Of a stretch of 60,277 nucleotides of DNA, positions 48,001 through 57,600 are shown in pieces. This stretch comes from a virus. Lineage: Duplodnaviria > Caudoviricetes. The translations under genes were made by a program, and so were the position numbers. The stretch lies in the IMG/VR virus record IMGVR_UViG_3300045954_000073, positions 1 through 60,277 of that record, one strand, 5' to 3'. Every line of letters begins with the position of its first letter. Positions within the stretch are counted from its first letter, which is position 1. Below the pieces are notes generated by a model that saw nothing but the letters and a program-made list of their open reading frames with translations, was not told the DNA's origin and did no database searches.

Positions 48001-51000
48001 ATTACTACCAGAACATCCAAAGACAAGCAGAACAGCAATCTATTGAATTTCAAAAACTCAAAAACCAAATTAATACTACAAATGCTCAAAACAAATTGAG
48101 AGCAGCTCTGACTAACGGCTACGACAACATTGTGACGCAATTTGTAGACGGCATTATTGATAGCATTGGGCAATTCAATCAAATAAGTGATCGCGCCCTA
48201 GACGCACAATCACAACTACTGCAAAACAGAAACCAGATACAAGATGCATCTCGACAGGCTATTGAATTGCGTCGCCAACTGCCAAATTTACCCACAATTC
48301 CTGTAGAGTTGGATTTTTCAAGTGTTAACGATAATACAAACATTCAGGAATTAAATGATGAGATAAGTGATGCTACTTCTAGCACCAAAGAATTAGAAGA
48401 TGCGATCGCATACTTAGAACGTTGTTTTAATCAAAATATTGATGCAGTAACTTATTTAAACAACAACATAAATCAGCTTGCACCTAATATCGAAACAGGT
48501 GCAGAATCTACCCAAAAATTATCCCAGGGATTTGATGATGTCAGCTCATCGGTTGATGGTATTTTGGGAAAAATCCAAGGTGTAGCCAGCACTACTGCTG
48601 AATGGCTATCTAATCTTGGTAATGCCCCAGCATTGATGCAGCAAATTGCTAATGGCATCGGCGGATTATTTGGACAAAGCCCCCAGCAAGTGCAAGATGC
48701 GACAAATCAAGTATTAAACAACCCCATCCAAGCGGCTCAAAATTTTTTAGGCGTGGACAAATTCAAGTTCCTTTCACCCATTGCTGGAACAACGGTAGAA
48801 GATTTATTGAGGTACAAACCCAGTCAAGGACAAGGGTTCTACGGTGTGAGGGATGGCGGCAAAAGGCAGCACAGCAAGATTGACTTTGATGGCAGGGCTA
48901 AAGCGGGTCAAAATGCAGAAATATTAGCTAGTCTGTCGGGGACGGCAACAGCTAAAGCCTGGACTAGCAACAGCGGTGGAATTTTCGTTGACACTGTGTT
49001 ACCTAGTGGACAAAAAATCACTTTAGAGTATGGACATTTATCACTAAAAAGTATTGCCCAAACCTTTGGCGGACAGCAAAATATAGGAACTAGAAACAGT
49101 CCAGGGAAGGTAATTCAAGTACAAGCAGGGCAAAAACTGGGGAACGTTATTCATGATAGCTTGTCCAGTGGAGCACACCTAGATTTTGGGGTGCGGATTA
49201 ATGGGAAATATGTTGAGCCTCAGAAATTTATGCAAGATTTCATTGCTGGCAAGTACGGTTCAGTGATGAGACAAAGCGCAGGGATGAGACAAAGCGCAGG
49301 GGCCATCGCCCCTAACAACAAATTGAATGCCAAATCAATTGCTGAAAATAGGGGATTACAATCTTTGCTGATTCAAGATTTGCAATCAGGGCAAATCTTG
49401 TCTGAATCAAACAGCAGCAAATCTCCGAAATCCCCAGCTTCAACAATTAAATTAATTGTTGGTGATTTGGTTGCTGATGCTGTTGAACAAGGTAAGCTTG
49501 AATTGCAAAGTCAGCTAACTCTAAAGCCTGGAGAAATTGCTGAATATTCCAATCTCAAGTCTGGACAAAAACTAACTGTTGCTGAGTTAGTTAATCTGAT
49601 GCTTGCAGAATCAGATAACACTGCTACAAATGCCTTGATAAACAGTTTAGGAGGCTTAAGAAAAACTACACAATTAGCAATTAACAAAGGCTATAAAAAT
49701 ACCAGAATTAATAACTTGTTAAGTATTCCTGGAGGTGGAACAGGCGTCAGCAATGTTTCTACTGCACAGGATACCACTATGGCAGCTAGAAATATTTTGC
49801 TGTCAAATAGTGAAGCGGGTAAAGTAGCAGCAAGTGCTTTAAGAAGCACTCGCAATTTCAAATATCAAGGTGAAGCAGGGGGGAAAATTGGTAACAATTC
49901 TCAAGTGCTGGGCAATGTAGGCGTTGTTGACATTCAAGGGAAAGAATATTTAGTCACAGCTTATGCTAACATCAACGGCAACAATGAAAACAATCGTTCA
50001 ATTATCAAAAACGCTACAAATGATGTTGTCAGTAGCCTGTCCACATCTGAGTTACCCGCATTAAGAAATCAAACTAGAGGCGGAGAGCGAGGGGTAATTA
50101 ATAACAAGACTATAAGCAGAGGCGCAAATCAGCTTTCCCCAGCAGAATACGCAAAATTAACACCTCTTGGTAGAGAACTTTATGAGCTACGCAATAATCC
50201 ATACATATTAGCAGTTTCGGACGCGGTGGCTAGGGCCGAAGGATCGGACTTTAGAGCGAATTCCAAAAACTTTGGCTATGGAATGATGATCGGTGGAGAA
50301 AATACCGCTGATTTTCGCGGACACCCATTTGTTGAAGGCGGAAGGCGTCCTCGGCACAATTCCACAGCATCTGGCCGCTATCAGATGATGAACTTTAATT
50401 ATTCCAAATCTGCGGTTCAACGTCAATTTGGCAAAGGCGCCAGAACAGATTTAGAAGCTATTATCAATTACAATGGGGCAGACAATCCTGGAACTTTTAG
50501 CCCCGGATTGCAGGATCTATATTTCATCCAATCTCTAAAATCTAGAGGAGTTTTGGATCAAATTCTCAGTGGCAAGATTGATGCTAGTGTGTGGAATAAA
50601 CTTGCCCCGCACTACGCCTCTATTCAGTCTGGAAGCAGAAGAAGTGCTTATGGCGGACAAGGAACGCCAGAAGGGCAGCACAGCAGTTTAAATAAATTCG
50701 TCGGACAAAGGCTACAAGTTCGCCAAAATCCCGCTATGCAAGCAGCTTTGAATGGGCGAAGTATTTCCCCTGCTCAAATGAATGCAACTGTCAACCAAGG
50801 CTTGGCGTTGGCGCAATCTGGCTACGAACAGCAACAGGGACTGATTCAAGAGCAAGCAGCAGCTGACAGCGAGAGACAAAAGCAGGAATTTTTGAGAAAT
50901 CAACAGCGAAATTTGCGGCAGTTTCAGCGTGCTGGTAGAGATTTGGAGGATCAGCGGCGGGGCGAAAGACGCCAAACCGAAGATTTAGCTACAAAGGCGA

Positions 51001-52955
51001 TCGCTAACCCTAGTCCTCAGCAGCAATTTGCCGTGAAAGTACGTGACATTGACAGAGAATATGACGATGCAATTCGAGATAGAGAAAGGCGATTAGCAGA
51101 GATTAAGCAACGCATTACCAGTGCAGAACAATCTTTAGCTACCGGACAAATTACGGGTGAAAATGCGGACGCCCTAAATAAACAGTTGACCAGCGACAAA
51201 ACAGCCTTGGTCGAGGCGCAAACTGAATTGGAGAAATTGACTCAGTTAAGAAAAGCAGCCAAGGAAGAAGCTGAAAAACTTTTCAACAGAGAAGAGGGAT
51301 TGCGACGCCAAAACGCTTCAATGGCGCAACGCAAAGCCGAAATCGCCAATTTACAGGAGCAAATCAACCTGCTCAATCAATTGGGGAAAATCAACTTTTC
51401 CGATCCTAGAGTGCGCCAATTGCCTGAATTGCAAAAACTTTTGGAATTGAATCAGGCTGATTTAAATCTTCAAGAAGAACTACAACGTATCGAACAGGAG
51501 CAATATTCTCACACCATCACTCCAGAGGAGGCACAACGACGGATTGCGATCGCCACCCAGCAAAATGAGAAGTTGAAAGAGACAATAACTCTCAAGCAAA
51601 CTGAATTACAACTAGAAGAGGCAAGGCGACAAATAGAAGGACAAAATGCACTCAATCAGGCACGAATTACAAATCTGAGAAGCCGGGCCACATCCGCCAA
51701 ATATAATCCTGATGCTAACCCCATCTTGTTAGAATCTGAGGCGTCCAAACTGGAGTTAGAACAGAAATATGCAGATACTGTTCGAGATTTGGATGAAGCA
51801 TTGCGAACTGGGCGCTATGGACAAGCAACCCTAGAAATTGTCCCTAAGCTTAAACAGCAAGCTTTGATTACTGCCTTGCGTGATGCGAAAAATGCCGCTA
51901 GTCAAACGAAATTGGAATTAGAAACTAGAGAGTTTGAGAAAAACCAGCGATTTTCTCAGTCAAGACAAGATTTGCTATCAGCGAGGGCAGGCTATCTCAA
52001 GACCTATGGACTTGATGCCCAAGCTGGCAAACTGGAAAAAGAAACTGCTGTTCTTCAACAAAGAAGCAGCTACCGATCATCTATTAGGGAATTAGAGCAA
52101 TTTGCGATCGCCAACAATTTGAGTGCCACTGAAGTGCAAAAATTGAGGAGTGAACTTGACCAAATTAACCAAGTAAAACTAGACACCATTAATGCACAAT
52201 TCAGTGTGTGGACAGATGTAATTAAGGGTACTCAATCTCAGTTTCAGGGATTTTTCAAAGATTTGATCAGTGGCAGTGATGATTTAGGTAGCGCGTTTGG
52301 TAAATTGTTTGGTGGCATTGGCGATATGCTAGCTAATCTTGCGGCTCAGTGGCTGACCAATGAACTGTTCGGCTCCATCATGGGTAAAGGCGGGGGTGGC
52401 GTTGGGCAGCAATCTAGCGGTGGATTTTTAGAAGGGATATTTGGTGGCTCTTCTGGCGCTACTCCCGGATTCGGCGGTGGTTTTGGTGGTAGCCTACTGG
52501 GGGGAGTGTTCAGTCTTTTTGGTTTTGCTAGCGGTGGTATGGTTGGCGAAATCCCTAATTATGCTACTGGTGGAATGCCAGAAAACTTTGCCGACAAGGT
52601 GCAAAAAGCTTACAGTCGCGAAAAAATTATGACTGGTAGGATGCCTCATTTAATTGTGGTTTCCGAAGGAGAGCGCATTCTCAATCATAAAGAGACAGCT
52701 ATTTGGAACCAATTACAACAGTCAGGTAAACTAAATTTTGCTGATGGTGGCGTGGTGGGCACTAGCGATAATATTAGTAATAATGTTGTTGACAGTACCT
52801 CTCGTACAACTATCAACGTACCTATCACTATTCAATCTCAGGGTAATAGCGGGAAGAAAGAATTTACTCCAGAACAAGCCAAGGTGTTAGAACAGGTAGT
52901 TACTGCTGTGATTGTTAACCAGCAACGCCCTGGCGGAGTTTTGTACGGATTTTAG
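42075..52955 (+). CDS. Tail tape measure protein with multiple hydrolase domains
   Basis: LGELLIEFGGD N-terminus, tape-measure core ~45850-46450, FASGG/FADGG and NQQRPGGVL C-terminus; GYSAGG, HEAQH, M23, SxxK/SDN and lysozyme motifs. Confidence 0.92.
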   Translation: MKLGELLIEFGGDFSQLDKDIAEAKRKASASARDIEQIFNKRLRINVDDSPLTRLNKHLDLKVRHLQQVQQNFNSNPLTIKTDESNLTKLNKALGKIESSSNVQISIKTNHKSSDLKQDFNQITDDIGDEFEKVGDRLVKAIKKSGKGGIFDAVFAIPKNIGVGFQEGIGKVFADKVASGYVRSVESKFKVSLRDLGKKNADSVIDAGGNTTNSVLNKLGMKNGADDVKSGVQAINNQFRQLVPEDVINAKLTRVEKRFGKFFDDLTKLKSADVNLNNLLGLAQEISSIPKIPIESMRNRRKSALSEIAQNIRKEARTSHSSIEVDKDAEYLTFVSGGYAGKQGKGSHDAAKKMGMLLGDKHQVIPVEDVYTDVSSPIGEQGALRWSAEALMKTLKTPLKHGINPDAVTMATQAYQAHLQDPTKPIRAAGYSAGGFVVNDFVEIMKELGVKDVSAVSMGTPHYGVLSNNKPNQYTPILGQDDGVMRLGKIGAVFTGGFAPNMQTTSVSGHELSSYLADPQSQHYFLQGLEGANYEKRSDAFNNPDTFRILDYKKNIEKALAGIEEILVNPVADQGLQQQILSANLEGIKQTKSDIDEVLQKLDKEVIADFQEYYDALLEAEAVLQDLIGQSQPKQVSKPQGTNAPSRNDVEQLMMGAQKRDLELIAPAFGIKNAGKISKQDLTQSLLDKAPLEILKQRLPFMVEPSQQVLDSISKRAALDPDALKTVTQASSINLLKRSRQATRGSELITLSSDIEREYQIVIGLLGKNLSEDSKRILQGAKLTLGKARKLAIQNAVAEVSEQYQQRQASQSNQSQGLARTSNPLNPLLKLRQDALKQMRQNYKQVFSELASLTNFQFDANKLPKLVVDETSLRNIGADAFYDIEKNQILINKEIYKALQKTPQELAKAENILEILAHEAQHVFQSNYGQLSLDDLVAGNSAVPLVDPSAASQKSRQEARQNVKQVRRDTGISFTRAKAIERLEIDAYEAEKKASQVAVKLQGAAPSRQETSDAIASTLDNISKIIQEFIQKIDSLAPQIRTNFIAITKAMNNGLQGWFVSIKEKLNLIINPLPETVADPSQGLARSSGKTRRMPNMRRAQQFAGDVARYAQVLAYNAETQADEATEASSTRLINRIVPRKIRRKLAAGSEKAEQGFNYLSENIPGFFKNPVIDKILTYTLKFNIKGWSDVVDEFYRDLNKFFAFVEKKAGNSPYLGDFLKQATGGVKNLSLTLVAGTAVFFRFFSMMKYIGYLQQLNAVAVMVATTFEGLNKQFILSARTQTQGMAALEQAMSLAKELRLSRQELVTGGAGIQAGLRPQIIDQIEITKFLQAATRTARVYGSTPQSTQQIMSGFGQITQDTTLNQQSFSQLQNSVPDALSIAARAANTTEAEFRKMLDTGSVITNEFIPLFTKQLNVEVETAGKLSSASDTMVAANQRLTNAFEELQLSFSGFLIPINKFATNTYAAAVENAVGVTSTFSAALQGLAAWGIYKFARALVMLVGHILTVAKAIPGLSMALLAAGRIAQQVLFQTIPIILKVTKELLIFQLIVDGLTILKARFSDAGGSIREFADLSIKNLRELKKSLDDVSNSTQAIGDSLPKKSSEIKGKSYLEDTFFGGIIPKEWARNIEDFDRNRRNVVDDYAQEKYGKNRQDQDLFRIKSRSEKEMEDRGKATEELVKTSSERITLVGQQLQPGSELSRVKDLNKQIDAIQGKRRAISITDPSNSKQIESLQREELKLLQERERLVKPVELIGSGLATDIKGFKEALIAYDEMAANGLITQDEYAKRNQQLTDALEKAEDAQKQFNKTMEYSLTPLQAFDKVWNKIANNLLDSKLSIEQVSNSLKTGVANQEASGDLSSAQAGYINSTSQQKLLGQQIKITDSTIKQMYGELEAQGSAEIFANLGINKETGVNQIKSLSEKAINSPREKSVLDKFAEIKGLEQELSGLERQLAEERANLQRQIVDLTKQVADYYQNIQRQAEQQSIEFQKLKNQINTTNAQNKLRAALTNGYDNIVTQFVDGIIDSIGQFNQISDRALDAQSQLLQNRNQIQDASRQAIELRRQLPNLPTIPVELDFSSVNDNTNIQELNDEISDATSSTKELEDAIAYLERCFNQNIDAVTYLNNNINQLAPNIETGAESTQKLSQGFDDVSSSVDGILGKIQGVASTTAEWLSNLGNAPALMQQIANGIGGLFGQSPQQVQDATNQVLNNPIQAAQNFLGVDKFKFLSPIAGTTVEDLLRYKPSQGQGFYGVRDGGKRQHSKIDFDGRAKAGQNAEILASLSGTATAKAWTSNSGGIFVDTVLPSGQKITLEYGHLSLKSIAQTFGGQQNIGTRNSPGKVIQVQAGQKLGNVIHDSLSSGAHLDFGVRINGKYVEPQKFMQDFIAGKYGSVMRQSAGMRQSAGAIAPNNKLNAKSIAENRGLQSLLIQDLQSGQILSESNSSKSPKSPASTIKLIVGDLVADAVEQGKLELQSQLTLKPGEIAEYSNLKSGQKLTVAELVNLMLAESDNTATNALINSLGGLRKTTQLAINKGYKNTRINNLLSIPGGGTGVSNVSTAQDTTMAARNILLSNSEAGKVAASALRSTRNFKYQGEAGGKIGNNSQVLGNVGVVDIQGKEYLVTAYANINGNNENNRSIIKNATNDVVSSLSTSELPALRNQTRGGERGVINNKTISRGANQLSPAEYAKLTPLGRELYELRNNPYILAVSDAVARAEGSDFRANSKNFGYGMMIGGENTADFRGHPFVEGGRRPRHNSTASGRYQMMNFNYSKSAVQRQFGKGARTDLEAIINYNGADNPGTFSPGLQDLYFIQSLKSRGVLDQILSGKIDASVWNKLAPHYASIQSGSRRSAYGGQGTPEGQHSSLNKFVGQRLQVRQNPAMQAALNGRSISPAQMNATVNQGLALAQSGYEQQQGLIQEQAAADSERQKQEFLRNQQRNLRQFQRAGRDLEDQRRGERRQTEDLATKAIANPSPQQQFAVKVRDIDREYDDAIRDRERRLAEIKQRITSAEQSLATGQITGENADALNKQLTSDKTALVEAQTELEKLTQLRKAAKEEAEKLFNREEGLRRQNASMAQRKAEIANLQEQINLLNQLGKINFSDPRVRQLPELQKLLELNQADLNLQEELQRIEQEQYSHTITPEEAQRRIAIATQQNEKLKETITLKQTELQLEEARRQIEGQNALNQARITNLRSRATSAKYNPDANPILLESEASKLELEQKYADTVRDLDEALRTGRYGQATLEIVPKLKQQALITALRDAKNAASQTKLELETREFEKNQRFSQSRQDLLSARAGYLKTYGLDAQAGKLEKETAVLQQRSSYRSSIRELEQFAIANNLSATEVQKLRSELDQINQVKLDTINAQFSVWTDVIKGTQSQFQGFFKDLISGSDDLGSAFGKLFGGIGDMLANLAAQWLTNELFGSIMGKGGGGVGQQSSGGFLEGIFGGSSGATPGFGGGFGGSLLGGVFSLFGFASGGMVGEIPNYATGGMPENFADKVQKAYSREKIMTGRMPHLIVVSEGERILNHKETAIWNQLQQSGKLNFADGGVVGTSDNISNNVVDSTSRTTINVPITIQSQGNSGKKEFTPEQAKVLEQVVTAVIVNQQRPGGVLYGF

Positions 52956-52962
52956 AAGACAT

Positions 52963-52984
52963 CTCATGATGAATTCATCATCAG
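52963..52984. repeat. Dispersed palindrome copy after the tape measure gene
   Basis: CTCATGATGAATTCATCATCAG. Confidence 0.9.
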
Positions 52985-53009
52985 CAAAACAGCAATAGTC
53001 CGAGAGACA

Positions 53010-53354
53010 CTAAAATTCATGCAACAATTCCATAGTGCAAGAAATTTCCCATAGATCGTCTGACAGCAAATTAGTTACAGGATCTGCAACCAACCATCTT
53101 TTGCTCTGGATTTCCCCTGGCGCAATCCAATCAATCCCTACGACTCCTGCCGCATCATCAATAATTGCTTGCAACGCTTTTTTTTTGATTTCTGTTAAAT
53201 CAGTAAAAGTCACGCTCCAACTTTGCTTCACAGCATTAATGCCGGTCTTGGATCTTTGCTGATACCCATCGCCAAAACTTACCACATTACGCCTGTAATT
53301 AGTTCTCAGAGAGGGATTGATTTTGACTTTATAATCTGATGATATGGTTGGCAT
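53010..53354 (-). CDS. Minor tail protein M-like, inverted relative to the operon
   Basis: VVSFGDGYQQR...GIN...WSVTF. Confidence 0.9.
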   Translation of the reverse strand: MPTISSDYKVKINPSLRTNYRRNVVSFGDGYQQRSKTGINAVKQSWSVTFTDLTEIKKKALQAIIDDAAGVVGIDWIAPGEIQSKRWLVADPVTNLLSDDLWEISCTMELLHEF

Positions 53355-53375
53355 ATTTACTAGAGAAATATTTTT

Positions 53376-54053
53376 ATGACCGCGCCTAATTCTGAGCTAT
53401 TAACTCTAACGCCAGATGCAATAGTCAGTCTTTATATTTTAGATTTGACGCCATTGGGTACAAATCAATTGTATAAATTTTGCAACTGGAAACAAAGCGA
53501 TGGCGCAGATATTATTTTTCAGGGGCAAACCTATATTTCCTTGCCTTTTGAAGCGAGTGGATTTGAACTAAGCACGCGAGGACAGCCAGCACAGCCTAGC
53601 ATTACACTGAGTAATATATTCGGGGTTTTTACTGCTTTCTCCTTGCAATTCAACGATTTGGTGGGTGCTACCTTAATCAGAAAACGTACGCTAGCCAAAT
53701 ATCTAGATAACTCCCCGACAGCAGATCCAAACATGGAATTTAGTGATGATCGCTATCGAGTGTGGCGCAAATCGCAAGAAAGTGAATTGAGAATCAGCTA
53801 TGAATTAAGGCGATTTTCCGATTTAGGATTTCGCAGCAAAATCCCAGCAAGAATTATTATTAAAAATTCTTGCTTCTGGCAATACCGTAGCTCTGAATGT
53901 GGTTACGCTGGTGGGGTGATCGCGGATGAGAATGACAACCTTACAAATGACCTAAGTAAGGATGCTTGTGGGAAAAGATTATCCAGTTGTAAACTTAGAT
54001 TTGGGCAATATGGAGAGTTGCCTTTTGGTGGCTATCCTGGGGTAGATAGTTAA
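53376..54053 (+). CDS. Minor tail protein L-like
   Basis: RKRTLAKYLD, CFWQYRSSECGY, DACGKRLSSCKLRF...PFGGYPG. Confidence 0.93.
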   Translation: MTAPNSELLTLTPDAIVSLYILDLTPLGTNQLYKFCNWKQSDGADIIFQGQTYISLPFEASGFELSTRGQPAQPSITLSNIFGVFTAFSLQFNDLVGATLIRKRTLAKYLDNSPTADPNMEFSDDRYRVWRKSQESELRISYELRRFSDLGFRSKIPARIIIKNSCFWQYRSSECGYAGGVIADENDNLTNDLSKDACGKRLSSCKLRFGQYGELPFGGYPGVDS

Positions 54054-54063
54054 ATTTGTGATA

Positions 54064-54648
54064 ATGATGAAAATAGTCAAATTATTAGGTGAGTTAGGTA
54101 GAAAATTCGGAAGAGAATGGCGACTCAATATTCATACTCCCGCTGAAGCCATTAAGGCGATCGCTGTTAATTGCCCTGGATTTATTGAGTATCTATACGC
54201 CAGCGAGGAGAGAGGATTGTATTGGCGAGTAGTGATTGACGAGCCACAGGGCATTGACCAATCACAATTCGGTTTCCCCATTACCCAAAAACTGGTGATT
54301 GCGCCTATTATTACTGGTTCTGGTGGTTTTGGAAGAATTCTTTTAGGCGGTGCCTTGATCGCAGCCTCGGTATTTATGCCTGCATCAGTTTCAATAATTG
54401 GGATAGGCATCACCTCTACCACAGTTGGCTTATTAGGGGCAGCTTTACTGTTTCAGGGAATAAGCTCGTTGCTTGCTCCCCAAAACAAAACACCTAAAAA
54501 TAATAAAAATGAGTCTTATTTATTTGATAGATCAGCAGGATCTGGAAGACAGGGTTCGCCTGTTCCAATCGGATACGGCGAAAGGCTAATTACTGACCCT
54601 GTAATTATTAGTCAAGGTATCACCACAGAAGAAATCCCCGCAAATTAA
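54064..54648 (+). CDS. Tail assembly protein I-like
   Basis: KLLGELGRKFG...TPAEAIKA...QGSPVPIGYGE. Confidence 0.92.
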   Translation: MMKIVKLLGELGRKFGREWRLNIHTPAEAIKAIAVNCPGFIEYLYASEERGLYWRVVIDEPQGIDQSQFGFPITQKLVIAPIITGSGGFGRILLGGALIAASVFMPASVSIIGIGITSTTVGLLGAALLFQGISSLLAPQNKTPKNNKNESYLFDRSAGSGRQGSPVPIGYGERLITDPVIISQGITTEEIPAN

Positions 54649-54650
54649 TA

Positions 54651-57600
54651 ATGACTAATAAACAAAGAATAATAGTACGTGGATCTGGGGGCGGCGGGGG
54701 CGGTTCTAGTGGCAACACCCCAAGGGAAGCACCCAATAACTTAAGATCGCGGGCAGATGCGGTCATTTTGCTTTTGTTGGGTGAAGGTGAAATAGAGGGT
54801 TTTTCCACAGCAGATCCCTTGCAAAGTATTTATTTAGATGCCACTCCCATAAAAAATAGCGATGGCAGCCTAAATTTCCAGAATGTAGCCATTGATTATC
54901 GCACAGGTACTCAATGGCAGGGTTATATCTCCGGCATTTCTAGTGCCGTTCGTAACGAGATAGCTGTAGGCACTCAAATCAAACAAGTTAATGGGCCCAC
55001 CACTCGTACCATCGTCAATCCAGATGCTAATGCCGTGATTGTGCGAGTCATGATTCCTACGCTTTTAGATCAAGACGACAAAGGCAATATCAACGAGTCG
55101 TCGGTCAGTTTCCGCATTGATTTATCGACTCAGGGGGGGAATTTTGAGCCTATCTACAATGAAACTATTAGCGGCAAAACTTCTGGGAACTACGAGCGAC
55201 AATATAGAATTAATTTAAGTACAAGTGGCCCTTGGGATATTCGCATCACTAGGCTTACGCCAGATAGTGATCGCACCACACTCCAAAATTCTCTATTTTG
55301 GCAGTCGCTAACTGAGGTGATTGATTTGAAATTGCGCTATCCCAATAGCGCATTACTTGGCGTTAGGGTAAGCGCCGAGCAATTTAATAGTATCCCGAAA
55401 GTCTCAGTCAAACTGAAACAGATAAGAATTCTTGTGCCTCACAATTACAATCCACTGAGCAGACAATATTCAGGGATTTTTGACGGCACTTTGATTAGGC
55501 AATACAGCAATAATCCAGCATGGATTTTTTACGATTTAATCACTAATTCTCGCTATGGTTGCGGTAAATATATTGATGAATCGCTAGTGGACAAATTTGA
55601 TTTATACGCTATTGGGCAATATTGCGATGAACTTGTTCCCGATGGAAAGGGCGGGATAGAACCGCGTTTTACTTGCAATGTTTACATCCAAAATCAAGAT
55701 GACGCTTTTAGGATTTTAGAATCCCTTTCTGCTTGTTTTCGAGGCATGATATATGAGCGCAATGCAACTATCACAGCTGTGCAAGACAAGCCATCAAATC
55801 CGAACAGAATATACACTCGCGCTAATGTAGTTTGCGAGTACGATGATGATGGACGATTAACGGCTCCACCATTTGTATACAGTGGCAGTAGCTTAGATAC
55901 TCGCGCAACTGTGGCCCTAGTTAGTTGGAGCGATCCAGCTAATAATTACGAGACTGCTGTAGAGACAGTAGAGGACAAAGAAGGACTAGCAAAATTTGGT
56001 TACAATTCAATAGAGTTAGCGGCTTTTGGATGCACTTCTAGAGGACAAGCTTACAGGCTAGGCAAATGGACTTTGCTAAGTCAACGCTATCTAACTCAAA
56101 CAATTACTTTTAAAGTGGGTGCTGAAGGGTTGCTCGTCAATCCCGGAGAAGTTTTTAAAGTGATGGATTCTCTAAAAAGCGTTTCTCGTCGCGGGGGCAG
56201 AATTAAAGCTGCGGGCATCAATTTTATAGAACTAGATGACGCAGTAATAATTGAGCCTGGAAAAAGTTACAATCTTTCAACAGTTAAAAGTAACGGGATT
56301 ATTGAAACTAAAATTGTTTTAAATTCTAGCGGAATACATACAATTTTGTATGTTAATAATTGGTCGGAGACACCACGACATATTTGGATTTTAGAATCCA
56401 GTGATTTACAGGCTCAACTCTTCAGGTGTACCGCAGTTTCAGAAATTGGCGAACATTTATATGAAATTGTGGGAGTTGAGTATAATCCTAGCATTTATGA
56501 TTTAGTAGAGAAATCAGGATTCTTGCTTGAAGAACCAGATGTTAGCGGTTTCCCAGATTTACTGATACCGCCTAGTTCGCCATCTGCACTAAAAATTCAA
56601 GAATCCTTGTATCAAACCATTGGAAGCGGAGGGGTGAAAACCAAAGCCAGTATTACCTGGCAGGCATCAACTTCAATACTTATCAAAGAATATCAACTAG
56701 AATATCGCAGAGATGGACAATCTCAATACACAGTGATTGGCGGACTTCAAGATTTATCAACTACACTATACGATGTAGCACCAGGAATATATTTTTTTAG
56801 AGTAAAAGCTATTAATAATTATGGGACATCTAGCAGTTACACGCAACAAGTCCAAGAAATTTATGGACTATCTTACCCACCGTCTGATGTCCAAAATTTT
56901 TATGTAAATATTACAGATTCATATGCTAATTTCACATGGAATGAATCTCCTGATTTAGATGTTCGAGTAGGAGGTAAATTTAGAGTTAAATATACTAGCA
57001 AAAAACAAAACACTTCTTGGGCTGACGGCATAGAAATTGCCGCAGTTGCTGGGTACTCAAATTACCTCAGATTTCCAGCACTTGAAGGAACATTTCTAAT
57101 TAAAGCTGTGGACTCCGAAGGGAACCAAAGTAGGAATGTGGCGCAAGTCGTACTAGACAACATTTCACGAACTATAAACTACAACGCAGTAGAAACATCT
57201 ATTCAGCATCCTAATTTTAATGGGATAAAAACAAATACTATTGTTGTAGACAATCAACTCAAGCTAGCCTCTATTGATTATTTTGATTTTCAGACCGGAC
57301 TATTTGACGATATGCCGGGATTATTTGATGATGTTGCCGGATACTTTGATTCAACCGAAGGCGATTTTGATTTTCAGCCTGGAATGTTTGACGATCTGGG
57401 TATTTTATACGCAATATACCCATCAGGATACTATGATTTTGATGCGCCAATAGACTTAGGAGATATTTTTGACTCTCGTTGCACTGCCAATTTCTCTGGA
57501 AGGGCAATTGATGAATCAAGATTTTTTGATAGAGTAGGAGGGCTTTTTGACAATTATTTGGGTTTTTTTGATGGAGAAGATATTGATAATGCTTCCGCCA

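Noticed and set aside
49340-50040. Antibiotic-resistance beta-lactamase gene
   Set aside because: It is an in-frame domain of the tape measure protein; a cell-wall role is more plausible and activity is untested
44746-52632. Short ORFs nested in or antisense to the tape measure gene
   Set aside because: Typical shadow ORFs with no independent signals
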